The notes under the pieces: model-generated
What the model saw: the letters and a program-made list of their open reading frames with translations, nothing else
Database searches by the model: none
Told to the model about the DNA's origin: nothing
Translations under genes and position numbers: made by a program
In this document: positions 1-9,977 of the stretch, in pieces
How the letters are laid out: every line of letters starts with the position of its first letter
Position numbering within the stretch: the first letter of the stretch is position 1
Assembly (NCBI GenBank): GCA_050864255.1
Contig: JBOWAX010000005.1
Location: 27,906 to 91,905, forward strand
From: Dehalogenimonas sp.
GTDB taxonomy: Bacteria; Chloroflexota; Dehalococcoidia; Dehalococcoidales; Dehalococcoidaceae
Length of the DNA: 64,000 bases
Direction of reading: 5' to 3'

Positions 1-533
<533 letters not shown>

Positions 534-534
<1 letters not shown>

Positions 535-2972
535 TGAAAGCCCCAATTTCCTGGCTGAAAGAATATGTAGAGATTAATCGTCCGGTGAAGGAGATTGCCG
601 AAAAGCTGACCTTGGCCGGCAATGAGGTTTCCGAGATAACCTCCACTGTTCCGGATTGGGACGGTGTTGTGGTTGCTGAGGTTCTCGTGGTGGAGAATCA
701 CCCCAATGCCGATCGGCTGCGGCTGGTGACCCTGAACACCGGCTCTGAAGAACAGCCTAAAGTTGTTTGCGGCGCACCCAACGTGGAGGTAGGGCAGAAG
801 GTTGCCTTCGCCGGTGTTGGGGTCAAGCTGGTTGACGGGCATACCGGGCAGGCTATGGAACTCAAGCCGGCGGTTATCCGCGGTGTTGAGTCAAGCGGTA
901 TGGTGCTGTCTGAAAAAGAACTCGGTCTTTCCGATAATCACGAGGGTATCCTGGTACTGGATGCCGAAACTGCGGTAGGAATGCCGCTGGCTAACGTCCT
1001 GGGCGACCAGGTGCTGGATATTGAAGTCACCCCCAATCGTTCAGACTGCTTGTCGGTCACCGGCATCGCCCGGGAGGTCGCCGCAGTTACCGGCCAGAAC
1101 GGTATCAAACTGCCGGATACCAGTTATGAAGAAAGTGAAACACCGGTCGCTGAATCGCTGACCGTGGAAGTTAAAGCGCCGGACCTGTGTCAGCGTTATA
1201 CCGGTGCCGTAATCAAAGGTATTAAAATAGGCCCTTCACCGGAGTGGCTGCAAAAGCGGCTGACGGATATGGGGCAGCGGCCGATCAACAACATCGTGGA
1301 TATCACCAATTTCGTGATGCTGGAGTATGGTCAACCGCTCCACGCTTTTGATTTGAATAACATTAAGGGCGGCAAGATTATCGTCCGGCGAGCAGAAGAG
1401 GGTGAGAAATTCGTTACCCTTGACGATGAAGAACGCACGCTGACCGCCGATACACTCATGATTGGTGATGCCGAACGGTCCATCGCCATCGCTGGTGTCA
1501 TGGGCGGGGCTAATAGTGAGGTTTCCGAAACCACTACTGATATCGTTCTGGAGTCGGCCAATTTTAATGCGGCTTCCATTCACCATACTGCTCACCGATT
1601 GAAGCTGACATCGGAAGCATCCACCCGTTTTGAGCGCAATTTGAATCCGGAGATGCCGCCACATGCTCTAAAGCGGGCTGTCCAGCTGGTACTGGAAATC
1701 GTCGGAGGTCAGGCGCAAAAAGGCATCGTAGATGCCTATCCTGGTAAAAAGTATTCCATCGGTGTCATGATTTCAATTGAACGCGTCTCCAAGGTGCTGG
1801 GCGGTAAGTTTGACTTTGGGTCAATCACTAAACCTCTCAAAGCGCTGGGGTTGACCTGGTACATTGAGAATAATGATGAAGATGAATTCGGTATGACTTC
1901 GGGCTCTCAGTTCCTCCGAGTCTATCAGCCATGGTGGCGGACTGACCTTAACATCGCCGAAGATATTATTGAAGAAGTCGCCCGGATTATCGGCTATGAC
2001 AATATTCCCTCCCGTCCGTTGTCCGGCCCCATTCCCAAGCGGGTAGGCCCGCCGATTATGGGGTTCAAGAAATTGTTCCGCACGGCCTTAGTGGGCTACG
2101 GTTTTCAGGAACTCCAGTCATTATCGCTGACTTCGGAAGACGCCATGCGGCGAACAACTGTTGACGGCGAACTGAAAGACCACCCGGTCAAACTACTGAA
2201 TCCAATGTCGTCGGAGCAGGAAATCTTACGCACCAGCCTGCGTGCCGCTCTCTTTGCTTCCGTTGCCTCTAACCGGCGTTATGAACCGGGCGGGATGCGC
2301 TTGTTTGAGGTCGGACGTGTCTTTACCTCCAGCGACGGACCGCTGCCCGTGGAAACTGAGATGGTCTGTGGTGTTATCGCCGGTGAAGCTGAACCGGATG
2401 GTTGGCAGCAAGGCAAGCGCGGCTTTGATTTTTACGATGTAAAAGGTCTGATAGAGACTATCCTCAAACGAATGCAGGTTAATTATAAACTGCAGGTCTC
2501 TCAGGATCAGGGGCTTCGCCCCGGTGTCCAGGCTTCTTTTTCCATTGACGGTATCCCCTTCGGCGTTATTGGGGAGGTTCATCCGCGGGTAGCCGCCAAC
2601 TTTGACATCGCCGAGACGCTCTATCTCTTTGAGATCGATCTGGTGGTGCTGATGCAGAAGGTGAAGCCCGGCCGCGCTTATCAACCGCTGCCGCGTTATC
2701 CGGCGGTAATGCGCGATATTGCCCTGGTACTGGATACGGCAGTGACCCATCAGCAGGTACTGGATAGCCTTTCGGCCTTTTCATTACTGAAGGACGTCAG
2801 CTTGTTCGATGTTTATGCCGGTAAACAACTGAACGAAGGTGAGAAGTCACTCGCATACCGCCTGACCTTCCAGTCCTCGGAAGAAACACTCACCGATGCT
2901 CGGGTGGACAAATTAATGGCGGAGATTATCTCTACACTGGCGTCTGAGTTGGGTGCCAAACTGAGAAGCTGA
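534..2972 (+). CDS. pheT: Phenylalanine--tRNA ligase beta subunit
   Basis: 812 aa, directly coupled to pheS. The N-terminal tRNA-binding OB region (VVAEVLVVENHPNADRL) and the B3/4, B5 and C-terminal anticodon-binding parts occur in the usual order. Confidence 0.95.
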
Positions 2973-2985
2973 TAGGGCGAAAATC

Positions 2986-3040
2986 CTAATATCTAATCAC
3001 TAAGTCTAAAATAAATTCAAAACACAAAGGCTCAAAACGG
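2986..3040 (+). repeat. Degenerate heptanucleotide tandem tract (CTAANNN units then AAANNCA-like units), related to the tracts at 7211 and 8663
   Basis: Units read directly: CTAATAT CTAATCA CTAAGT CTAAAAT AAATTCA AAACACA AAGGCTC AAAACGG. The TAA triplets rotate through all three frames. Confidence 0.6.
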
Positions 3041-3053
3041 GTCATTAATAAAA

Positions 3054-3092
3054 GAGGCGGGGTTCCGGTTAGGAACCCCGCCTCTCATTTTT
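3054..3092. terminator. Bidirectional rho-independent terminator between convergent pheT and ftsZ
   Basis: Perfect 13-bp stem GAGGCGGGGTTCC / GGAACCCCGCCTC with loop GGTTA, followed by TCATTTTT on the plus strand and preceded by an A-rich run (U-tract for the minus strand). Confidence 0.8.
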
Positions 3093-3104
3093 AGAAAATA
3101 GCGG

Positions 3105-4229
3105 TTATCTCCAGGGGGCGCGGGTGGCCGGGCGGCTGGTCTTGGCCGGCTCGGAGTAGGACTGGCGCTGGTGAGAGAACAGCGGTTTGCGCAGGAAGGA
3201 GGGAACATCTAATTCCTCTTCACTCTTGATACCGCGCAACAGGTTGGTCACTTCATCTTCATCCTCAACATCCTCGCTGTTGGTGTGGAAACCGGTGGCA
3301 ATGAGGGTAATGCGGACGTCGTTGCCCATATTGGCGTTGGAACCGACGCCGAAGATGATATTGGCATCCGGATCAACCGCTTTGCGGATGACCTCGGCGG
3401 CTTCGTTAACTTCGTAGAGGGACAGATCCGGACCGCCGACGATGTTGAACAACACGCCGCGGGAGCCGGTGACCGAAACATCCAGCAGGGGTGAAGCCAG
3501 GGCTTCGCGGGCAGCGTCGATGGCCCGGTTTTTACCGGTACCGCGGCCGATGCTCATCCAGGCCGGACCGGCGTCTTTCATAACTGCTTTGACGTCGGCG
3601 AAGTCCAGGTTAATAGTACCAGGGACGGTGATGACCTCGGAGATAGCTTGAACGCCGTGATGGAGGACATCGTCAGCCATCTTGAAGGCGGCGTCAACGC
3701 CGGTCTTTTGGTCGCACAGTTCCAGCAGGCGGTCGTTGGGGATAATGATCAGGGTGTCGACCTTGCCCAGGAGTTTCTGGATGCCTTCCTTGGCTGTCTT
3801 GGTGCGGTGGGCGCCCTCAAAGCCGAATGGCTTGGTGACCACGGCAATGGTCAGAGCGCCGCTTTTCTTGGCCTCCTCGGCCACTATGGGGGCGGAGCCG
3901 GTACCGGTACCGCCGCCCATGCCAGCGGTTACGAATACCATATCGGAGCCGGTCACCAGTTCGCGAATTTCATCGCGGCTTTCCTCGGCAGCTTTCTGTC
4001 CCATGGTGTGGTCGCCGCCGGCGCCGAGGCCGCGGGTAACCTTTTCACCGAGTTGAACACGGACCGGGGCTTCGGTGATGGCCAAAGCCTGTGCATCAGT
4101 GTTGAGAGCGATGAATTCAACGCCCTGGATTTCTTCGCGCACCATGCGGGTGACCGCGTTGCAGCCGCCGCCGCCGCAACCGAAAACCTTGATTCGGGCC
4201 GGATTGGGTACGAAACTTGTCTTAGCCAT
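3105..4229 (-). CDS. ftsZ: Cell division GTPase FtsZ
   Basis: N-terminal [10 protein letters not shown] and the tubulin signature [13 protein letters not shown] are present. The C-terminal DVPSFLRK peptide is followed by a ~26-aa basic tail. Confidence 0.97.
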   Translation of the reverse strand: MAKTSFVPNPARIKVFGCGGGGCNAVTRMVREEIQGVEFIALNTDAQALAITEAPVRVQLGEKVTRGLGAGGDHTMGQKAAEESRDEIRELVTGSDMVFVTAGMGGGTGTGSAPIVAEEAKKSGALTIAVVTKPFGFEGAHRTKTAKEGIQKLLGKVDTLIIIPNDRLLELCDQKTGVDAAFKMADDVLHHGVQAISEVITVPGTINLDFADVKAVMKDAGPAWMSIGRGTGKNRAIDAAREALASPLLDVSVTGSRGVLFNIVGGPDLSLYEVNEAAEVIRKAVDPDANIIFGVGSNANMGNDVRITLIATGFHTNSEDVEDEDEVTNLLRGIKSEEELDVPSFLRKPLFSHQRQSYSEPAKTSRPATRAPWR

Positions 4230-4268
4230 TATTTTATTCTCCTCACTTATATTTTTAATTTTTACGAT

Positions 4269-5477
4269 TTAATTTTGATTGAAGAACTTGGACAACATCC
4301 CCTTGACACGATTGAAGAAGCCCAGTTTGCCCCATCGGGTCTTGGGCTGATTCTTGGCCCCCCAGAGCAGCAGGCCGACACCCGTGGCAAAGGCCGGGTC
4401 ACGCAGCGCGTCGGTAATACCGTAGACGTTGGACGGCATACCTACCCGGATGGGAAGCTGGGTGATATCGCGACCCAGGGTTTCCAAGCCGGCGATATTG
4501 GATGAACCGCCGGTGAAGACGATGCCGGCTGGCACCACGCTCTCATAATCAGAACGCGGCAGTTCCAACAGGATAAGCCGGGTTATTTCTTCAATGCGGG
4601 CGCGCAGGATGTCGCACAGATCCTGATAGCTGATGCCGTGACCGTCCTCAGATATGGGGTTGGCTTCCATTCGGCTTTCATAGACCGGCATGACCGAGCC
4701 ATAGCGTTTCTTCATCTCTTCCGCTACGTCAAACGGCAGCCCCAGACCGATGGCCACGTCGCGGGTCAGCTGGTAACCGGCTACCGGCAAGATGGCGGTG
4801 TGCCAAATAGATCCGTCTTTGAAGATACAGATGTCGGTAGTGCCGCCGCCGATGTCTGCCAGGACCACGCCGACCTGTTTCTCATCTTCGGTCAATACAG
4901 CTTCCGATGAGGCCAACGGTTCCAGCACCAGGTCGTCAATTTCCACACCCAGTGAACGAATGCACTTGATGAGATTCTGGACCGAGGCTGCCGCCGCGGT
5001 GATGACATGGGTTTCCACGTCCAGCCGGAAGCCGTGCATGCCGACCGGGTTGCGAACGCCCAACTGTCCGTCCACCGCGTAGTTGCGGGGGATGACGTGC
5101 AGCAGTCTGCGGTCATTGGGAACCTTGATTGATTGGGCGCTGGAAAGCACCCTTTTCAGGTCGTCAGAGCGCACCAGCCGGTCATTCCGGGTGATGGCTA
5201 CCACGCCTTTGTTGTTTACCGAACTTACGTGCCGTCCGGTGACGCCGACATAGGCGCTTTCTACCTTATAGTTGGCGGCTTGCTCGGCCTTTCCGATGGA
5301 CTCCTTGATAGACTGTGCGGCATCATTAATGTTTACTACAAGACCCTTGTGCAACCCGTGAGACGGGCTGATGCCGACGCCTATGACCTGGACGCTACCG
5401 TTTTCGGTAATCTCGGCGATGGACGTACAGATCTTGGTGGTGCCGACATCTATCGCCGTTACAATTCTGCGTTTCAT
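4269..5477 (-). CDS. ftsA: Cell division protein FtsA (actin-like ATPase)
   Basis: Motifs AIDVGTTKICT and VVLADIGGGTTDI fit an actin-fold ATPase. The gene sits immediately upstream of ftsZ. Confidence 0.93.
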   Translation of the reverse strand: MKRRIVTAIDVGTTKICTSIAEITENGSVQVIGVGISPSHGLHKGLVVNINDAAQSIKESIGKAEQAANYKVESAYVGVTGRHVSSVNNKGVVAITRNDRLVRSDDLKRVLSSAQSIKVPNDRRLLHVIPRNYAVDGQLGVRNPVGMHGFRLDVETHVITAAAASVQNLIKCIRSLGVEIDDLVLEPLASSEAVLTEDEKQVGVVLADIGGGTTDICIFKDGSIWHTAILPVAGYQLTRDVAIGLGLPFDVAEEMKKRYGSVMPVYESRMEANPISEDGHGISYQDLCDILRARIEEITRLILLELPRSDYESVVPAGIVFTGGSSNIAGLETLGRDITQLPIRVGMPSNVYGITDALRDPAFATGVGLLLWGAKNQPKTRWGKLGFFNRVKGMLSKFFNQN

Positions 5478-5535
5478 TCTCCTCCTCCTTTAGATTGATT
5501 GGCAGTTCTATGCTAATTTATATTTGTAGCCATAT

Positions 5536-6612
5536 TCACATCTTGGACCTCCCTTTCGGAGGGGTCAGTCCGGGTGCGCAGAGGGTAGGGATGCCCGCCT
5601 CAAGGCAATGCCTATCCGATACGTTATCCTTATCTTTGGTTGTATTTAGAAAAAAATGATCGCTGAGCGATACCTCATTCTCTTGTCGGCTCAGGATCCG
5701 TTCCGCGGCGCGTAAACGTGCGCTGCGGCTGCGGGGATTAGCCCGCAATTCCTCATCAGTTGGGGTAACCACTTTTTTATTCAGGATGCGTAATCTGGCG
5801 GCGTGACCACAGCGGCACTCCGGCAGGTCAACCGGACAGATGCAGTCCGACGATTCCCGCTGCAAAAACTGCTTAACGATGCGGTCTTCCAGGGAGTGGT
5901 AGCTGATGACTACCAGCCGTCCGCTGAAGCCCAAGAGGTGTACCGCCTGTTCCAAAGTGCTTTCCAACCGGGTCAGCTCCTCGTTGGCCGCGATGCGCAA
6001 TGCCTGGAAGGTGCGGGTGGCCGGGTGAATATCGCCGTGGCGACCGATGGCCTTGACGACCAGGTTGGCCAGTTGGGTGGTAGTTTTTAATGGCCGTGAT
6101 TCCATGATTCGGCGGGCGATTATACGGCTGCGCCGTTCTTCGCCGTAACGCCAAATGATATCGGCAATCTCGGTTTCAGAATAAGTATTGATAATTTCAG
6201 CCGCCGTAACTTTCTGCGACGGGGAAAAGCGCATATCCAGCGGCGCTTCATGCTGGAAGGAAAAGCCGCGGCCGGTTTCCGTCAATTGCATGGAGGCCAG
6301 ACCCAGGTCCAGGATGATACCGTTGACCGGATAAAATTCATGGGCGCGGCAGACAGTCTCCATATTACTAAAATTCTCATTGACCAGCAGATATGAACCT
6401 TCAAAACCAGCCAGATTCTGTTGGGCGATAATCAGTGAGTCAGGGTCGGCATCCAGGCCCAGAAGCTGACCGCCGGGGGTGCTTAGCTCGAGAATCGCCC
6501 GGGCATGCCCGCCCGCGCCGGTAGTGCCGTCTACGTAACGTCCGCCGGGGCCGACTGCTAATGCTTGCAGCGACTCCCGCAACATCACCGGTATATGTTC
6601 AGTGAAAGCCAA
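5536..6612 (-). CDS. rsmH: 16S rRNA (cytosine1402-N4)-methyltransferase RsmH/MraW with a ~50-aa C-terminal extension
   Basis: Motifs [20 protein letters not shown] and ILDLGLAS are present. An apparent TTG start directly abuts the mraZ stop. The tail after ...RLRAAERI has no recognisable similarity. Confidence 0.9.
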   Translation of the reverse strand: MAFTEHIPVMLRESLQALAVGPGGRYVDGTTGAGGHARAILELSTPGGQLLGLDADPDSLIIAQQNLAGFEGSYLLVNENFSNMETVCRAHEFYPVNGIILDLGLASMQLTETGRGFSFQHEAPLDMRFSPSQKVTAAEIINTYSETEIADIIWRYGEERRSRIIARRIMESRPLKTTTQLANLVVKAIGRHGDIHPATRTFQALRIAANEELTRLESTLEQAVHLLGFSGRLVVISYHSLEDRIVKQFLQRESSDCICPVDLPECRCGHAARLRILNKKVVTPTDEELRANPRSRSARLRAAERILSRQENEVSLSDHFFLNTTKDKDNVSDRHCLEAGIPTLCAPGLTPPKGRSKM

Positions 6613-7041
6613 TTATTTGGTCTCCAACCCTTCAATTATGTCCCAAGCCTGTTCTAGGTCATCGGCTTTCTCAACCTCCCAGGCTTCTTCAGCCCAGATT
6701 TCCAGATGGCCGGATACACCGACAACGACTGCATCCGCGGCAATTCCGGAGTATAATCTCAGTTTTTCCGGCAGGCTGATGCGGCCCTGACCGTCAAGGG
6801 CAACCGGGAAAGCCTGACCAAAGACGGAGCGCTTAAGTTTCCGCAGTTTTGAGGGGCTGGTATCTGCAGTGTCAATTTGCTCTGACAACCGCTCCCACTC
6901 TTTGATAGAATAGGCGGCGATAAACTTTTCCGGGCCGGGGGACAGGATGATGCCGTCTTTCAACGGCGTGCGGAAGCGGGGAGGTACCGGTAATCGGCCC
7001 TTTTCATCCAGTTTGTAATTAAATTCGCCAAAAAAATACAT
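6613..7041 (-). CDS. mraZ: Transcriptional regulator MraZ
   Basis: The N-terminus MYFFGEFNYKLDEKGRLPVPPRFR and a second DGQGRISLP motif fit the duplicated SpoVT-AbrB/MraZ fold. I prefer the ATG at 7041 over the GTG at 7050 because it matches the usual MraZ N-terminus. Confidence 0.9.
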   Translation of the reverse strand: MYFFGEFNYKLDEKGRLPVPPRFRTPLKDGIILSPGPEKFIAAYSIKEWERLSEQIDTADTSPSKLRKLKRSVFGQAFPVALDGQGRISLPEKLRLYSGIAADAVVVGVSGHLEIWAEEAWEVEKADDLEQAWDIIEGLETK

Positions 7042-7089
7042 TTCACCCACTAACTACGCAGTTCCCCACAATTCACCACGTTTCACCAT
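7042..7089 (-). promoter_or_regulatory. Candidate MraZ operator: direct repeats of GTGG(T/G)GAA with a 10-bp period
   Basis: The minus strand reads aTGGTGAAAC GTGGTGAATT GTGGGGAACT gcgtagtta GTGGGTGAA-ATG. This gives three consecutive 10-nt units plus a fourth at the start codon. Confidence 0.6.
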
Positions 7090-7116
7090 TTTATGGGTGA
7101 ATCAGGCCAATGTCAA
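7088..7116 (-). promoter_or_regulatory. Sigma-70-type promoter of the mraZ operon
   Basis: The minus strand carries TTGACA (7116-7111), a 17-nt spacer and TAAAAT (7093-7088), about 45 nt upstream of the mraZ start. Confidence 0.65.
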
Positions 7117-7210
7117 CACTTTTTTTTGAAATATAAAAAAATATTTTAAGAAAGTACGATAGTTAGCTGAGCGAACCGGCTTTTGGCTATCAGTGAAAAT
7201 TTTTTTATCT

Positions 7211-7266
7211 CTAATGTCTAAGCACTAAACAAATTCAAATATCAAAATCTCAATGATCAAAACCGG
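7211..7266 (+). repeat. Degenerate heptanucleotide tandem tract
   Basis: Units: CTAATGT CTAAGCA CTAAACA AATTCAA ATATCAA AATCTCA ATGATCA AAACCGG. The 23-nt core AAACAAATTCAAATATCAAAATC is identical to 8679-8701. Confidence 0.65.
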
Positions 7267-7460
7267 TCATGGTGAATCTATCTGGGATGATGAGATGGAG
7301 GCGCTCGCCCGTTCTCTCGTGTTTGTCATCCTCGGTGAAAGCCGGGGATCAAGTTGACTGGTAAAAACGCTGAAAGCTGTAATCTGTCTTTGCGAGGAGC
7401 GTAGCGACGGGACAATCTCGGTACCTTGTTTGGTACATTTGATATTAGAGCTTGGATATT

Positions 7461-7495
7461 GTTTAGGATTTGGTATTTAGGATTTGGAATTTCCG
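7461..7495 (+). repeat. Degenerate heptanucleotide tandem tract (ATTTNNN)
   Basis: Units: GTTTAGG ATTTGGT ATTTAGG ATTTGGA ATTTCCG. Confidence 0.5.
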
Positions 7496-7530
7496 GATGA
7501 AGTTGGCATGCTTCGCCAGCTGCTAAAAAT

Positions 7531-7579
7531 GCTGACTGCTGAGAGCTAAAGGCTGATGGCTCGAAGCCGCCGGCTATTC
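7531..7579 (+). repeat. Degenerate heptanucleotide tandem tract (GCTRANN)
   Basis: Units: GCTGACT GCTGAGA GCTAAAG GCTGATG GCTCGAA GCCGCCG GCTATTC. The tract runs into the stop of the dCMP deaminase gene. Confidence 0.55.
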
Positions 7580-8047
7580 CATAAACTCAATGACTCCCGG
7601 TGGGCGGCTGCGGAGGTTCACCTCGATGCCGATCTGCTTAAAGAGTTCAATGAAGGCGTCATCGGCGTACTGGCCGAAGCTGACAAAGCGCTTGATGCGG
7701 GCATTGGCCAACATCTTGGCACAGAGGATACATGGGGTGTGGGTACAATAGACGGTAGCCCCTTCCAGATTGACGCCGTGCTGGGCTGCCTGAATAATAA
7801 CGTTTTGCTCGGCGTGAACGGCGCGGCAGATCTCATGACGGGTACCGGAGGGAATATTATTCTCATCCCGCAGGCAGCCTAACTCCAGGCAGTCCGGTAC
7901 ACCGGCCGGCGCACCGTTATAGCCGGTAGTCAGGATGTGTTTGCTTTTGACCGCTACAGCGCCGACGTGCCGCCGCCGGCAGGTAGAACGCTCGGCCACC
8001 ACTGCTGCAATTTTCAGGAAATAATCGTCGGTTTCTGGTCTGTTCAT
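7574..8047 (-). CDS. dCMP deaminase (ComEB/cytidine-deoxycytidylate deaminase family)
   Basis: Zinc-site motifs HAEQNVI and PCILCAKML are present. 157 aa. Confidence 0.9.
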   Translation of the reverse strand: MNRPETDDYFLKIAAVVAERSTCRRRHVGAVAVKSKHILTTGYNGAPAGVPDCLELGCLRDENNIPSGTRHEICRAVHAEQNVIIQAAQHGVNLEGATVYCTHTPCILCAKMLANARIKRFVSFGQYADDAFIELFKQIGIEVNLRSRPPGVIEFME

Positions 8048-8605
8048 CTAAGCACTCTTCAGTTGGTCAATCAACTGATTGGTTTGTTTTTTCAGTTCTT
8101 CAAAGCTGCCTTCGTTGGTGATCATGAAGTCAGCTACGGCAATCGGCCCAGCTTTGCTGACTTTCTCTACCTCGGCGCGGTCGCGGGAAAAAGTTTCTTC
8201 CCGGGTCAGCGGCCGGACGCCGCGGGTGGATAACCTTCTGGCGCGGGTACCGGGGGAAGCCCAAACTGCGGCTATGGCCAGGTCATCCTTGTAGTAATCC
8301 TTGAGGAAGATATATTCGTCCCAGGAGTACAGGCCGTCAATAACCACCGGGCTGGTACTCAACGCAGCGTCAATTCGCGGCAGGTTAAGTTTGGCATAAG
8401 CGGCCATACCCAGTTCCGCCCGCAACCCCTCGCGGACAGTGCGTTCGTTGGCTTCATTTATGGGCAGACCGCGGCGTTTGACTTCGTCGTCGGTAACATC
8501 GCCGAATCGGACACGGGTGTAGCCGTTATCTTCAAAAAAGCGGGAAACCTCGGTCTTGCCGGCGCCAGCCATGCCGACCATGGCGATGATTCTGGGTGAA
8601 TTCAT
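8048..8605 (-). CDS. P-loop nucleotide kinase-like protein (UPF0200 / dephospho-CoA-kinase-like family)
   Basis: Walker A MVGMAGAGKT is close to the N-terminus if the start is the ATG at 8605. The stop directly abuts the deaminase ATG. The family assignment is from memory of archaeal UPF0200 sequences. Confidence 0.7.
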   Translation of the reverse strand: MNSPRIIAMVGMAGAGKTEVSRFFEDNGYTRVRFGDVTDDEVKRRGLPINEANERTVREGLRAELGMAAYAKLNLPRIDAALSTSPVVIDGLYSWDEYIFLKDYYKDDLAIAAVWASPGTRARRLSTRGVRPLTREETFSRDRAEVEKVSKAGPIAVADFMITNEGSFEELKKQTNQLIDQLKSA

Positions 8606-8662
8606 GGGCAACATTATAGGGGGAAGCAGGGGGGAGGTACAACCGCCGGGAAATCTCAATGT

Positions 8663-8704
8663 CTAATTTCTAATGTCTAAACAAATTCAAATATCAAAAT
8701 CGTA
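8663..8704 (+). repeat. Degenerate heptanucleotide tandem tract
   Basis: Units: CTAATTT CTAATGT CTAAACA AATTCAA ATATCAA AATCGTA. Same family as the tract at 7211-7266. Confidence 0.65.
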
Positions 8705-8769
8705 TGACTGAAACAGAATATTGGTTATTGGCGGCGCGGTGACATGCTTGCCTCGCCTGTCCGATAAAA

Positions 8770-8825
8770 AACTGCCAACTGCCAACTGATTACTGAAAAC
8801 TAATAACTGACAACTACCTACTAAA
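8770..8825 (+). repeat. Degenerate heptanucleotide tandem tract (WACTRNN x8)
   Basis: Units: AACTGCC AACTGCC AACTGAT TACTGAA AACTAAT AACTGAC AACTACC TACTAAA, all in perfect 7-nt phase. The last unit overlaps the pilT stop. Confidence 0.65.
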
Positions 8826-9945
8826 ACAGCATTGACAGCGTAGTGCTCTTAGGCTTGCGTCGACCGTTGCCGGAGCGTCCGCTTCTGTGACCGCCCATCA
8901 GTCGCTCCACCTCTTCGGTTTCATTGCAATAGTCAAACACCGTATCCCGGTCAATTTTTTCCCGGCGGTAGAGATCAACCAATGATTCGTCCAGCGTGAT
9001 CATACCTTCATCCCGGCTGGTACGGATGACGTTGGGCAACTGGTAAATTTTGCCCTCGCGGATCAGATTCTTAACGGCCGCGTTGGCCAGCAGTACTTCA
9101 ACGGCTGCTATTCGGCCGGAACCGCTGGCGCGGGGCACCAGTGACTGACACAAAACGCCGACCATGAGTGAGGCCAGTCGCGTCTGAGCCAGGTGGCGTT
9201 CATGGGGTGGGAAGAGGTCAATAATACGTTCCAATGCCTGATAGGTGCTGGGGGCGTGACTGGTGGAAAGTACCAGATGGCCGGTTTCCGCCACATTAAG
9301 TACCGCCGCGGCGGTGTCCAGATCCCGCATCTCACCAACCATGATGACGTCGGGGTTCTGGCGCAAAACATGCTTCAAGGCATGCCCGAATGAACGGGTA
9401 TCAGTGCCCAGTTGGCGCTGTGTAATAGCGCATTTAACCGCCGGGTGCAGGTATTCAATGGGATCCTCAATGGTTATTATATGCTTGGCTTCGGTGTGAT
9501 TGAGGTGCTGCATCATGGCGGCCAGGGTGGTTGATTTACCGCTGCCGGTTGGCCCGGTAACCACTACCAGACCACGGGGCACGGTAATCAGTTCTTTACA
9601 GATATCCGGCAGTTCCAGCTTTTCAATGGTCGGGATTTGCGGCGGTAAAAGGCGCACCGCCAGACTGACGGCTCCCCGCTGTTTGGCAGCATTGCAGCGC
9701 AAACGGCCCACGCCCGGCATAGTGAAGCCGAAGTCCAGCTCCATCTCGTGCTGGAAAACTTCAACCTCTTCCGCTTGGGCCAGCTGGTTCAGGGCGTCTT
9801 CTGTATCCCTCGGTGTCAGCGCAGGGATAGGCAACTGTTCCAGCGAGCCGCGCACCCGCACCAAAGGCGGAGAGTCCACAACCATGTGCAGGTCTGAGCC
9901 GTCACGGTCTCGGGCTTCGGTTATAAGTGCAAAAATATCGATCAT
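8821..9945 (-). CDS. pilT: Type IV pilus retraction ATPase PilT
   Basis: Motifs MIDIFALITEARDRDGSDLHM, Walker A GPTGSGKST, and the Asp/His boxes (IMVGEMRD, GHLVLSTSHA) are present. The ORF track starts 8 codons earlier at a TTG (9969). Confidence 0.9.
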   Translation of the reverse strand: MIDIFALITEARDRDGSDLHMVVDSPPLVRVRGSLEQLPIPALTPRDTEDALNQLAQAEEVEVFQHEMELDFGFTMPGVGRLRCNAAKQRGAVSLAVRLLPPQIPTIEKLELPDICKELITVPRGLVVVTGPTGSGKSTTLAAMMQHLNHTEAKHIITIEDPIEYLHPAVKCAITQRQLGTDTRSFGHALKHVLRQNPDVIMVGEMRDLDTAAAVLNVAETGHLVLSTSHAPSTYQALERIIDLFPPHERHLAQTRLASLMVGVLCQSLVPRASGSGRIAAVEVLLANAAVKNLIREGKIYQLPNVIRTSRDEGMITLDESLVDLYRREKIDRDTVFDYCNETEEVERLMGGHRSGRSGNGRRKPKSTTLSMLF

Positions 9946-9977
9946 GGATTTCTTTCTTCTGGTATTCAATGAGCAAA

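Noticed and set aside
3648-4505. 285-aa plus-strand ORF, and several 60-125-aa ORFs, overlapping ftsZ and ftsA
   Set aside because: They are antisense to two unmistakable conserved genes in a GC-rich stretch. Their composition is low-complexity and Ala/Gly-rich, typical of shadow ORFs, and none has an SD.
6532-6538. TACGTAA motif inside the rsmH coding sequence
   Set aside because: It is an isolated occurrence within a conserved gene, most likely by chance. I record it as a caveat for the motif-enrichment finding.
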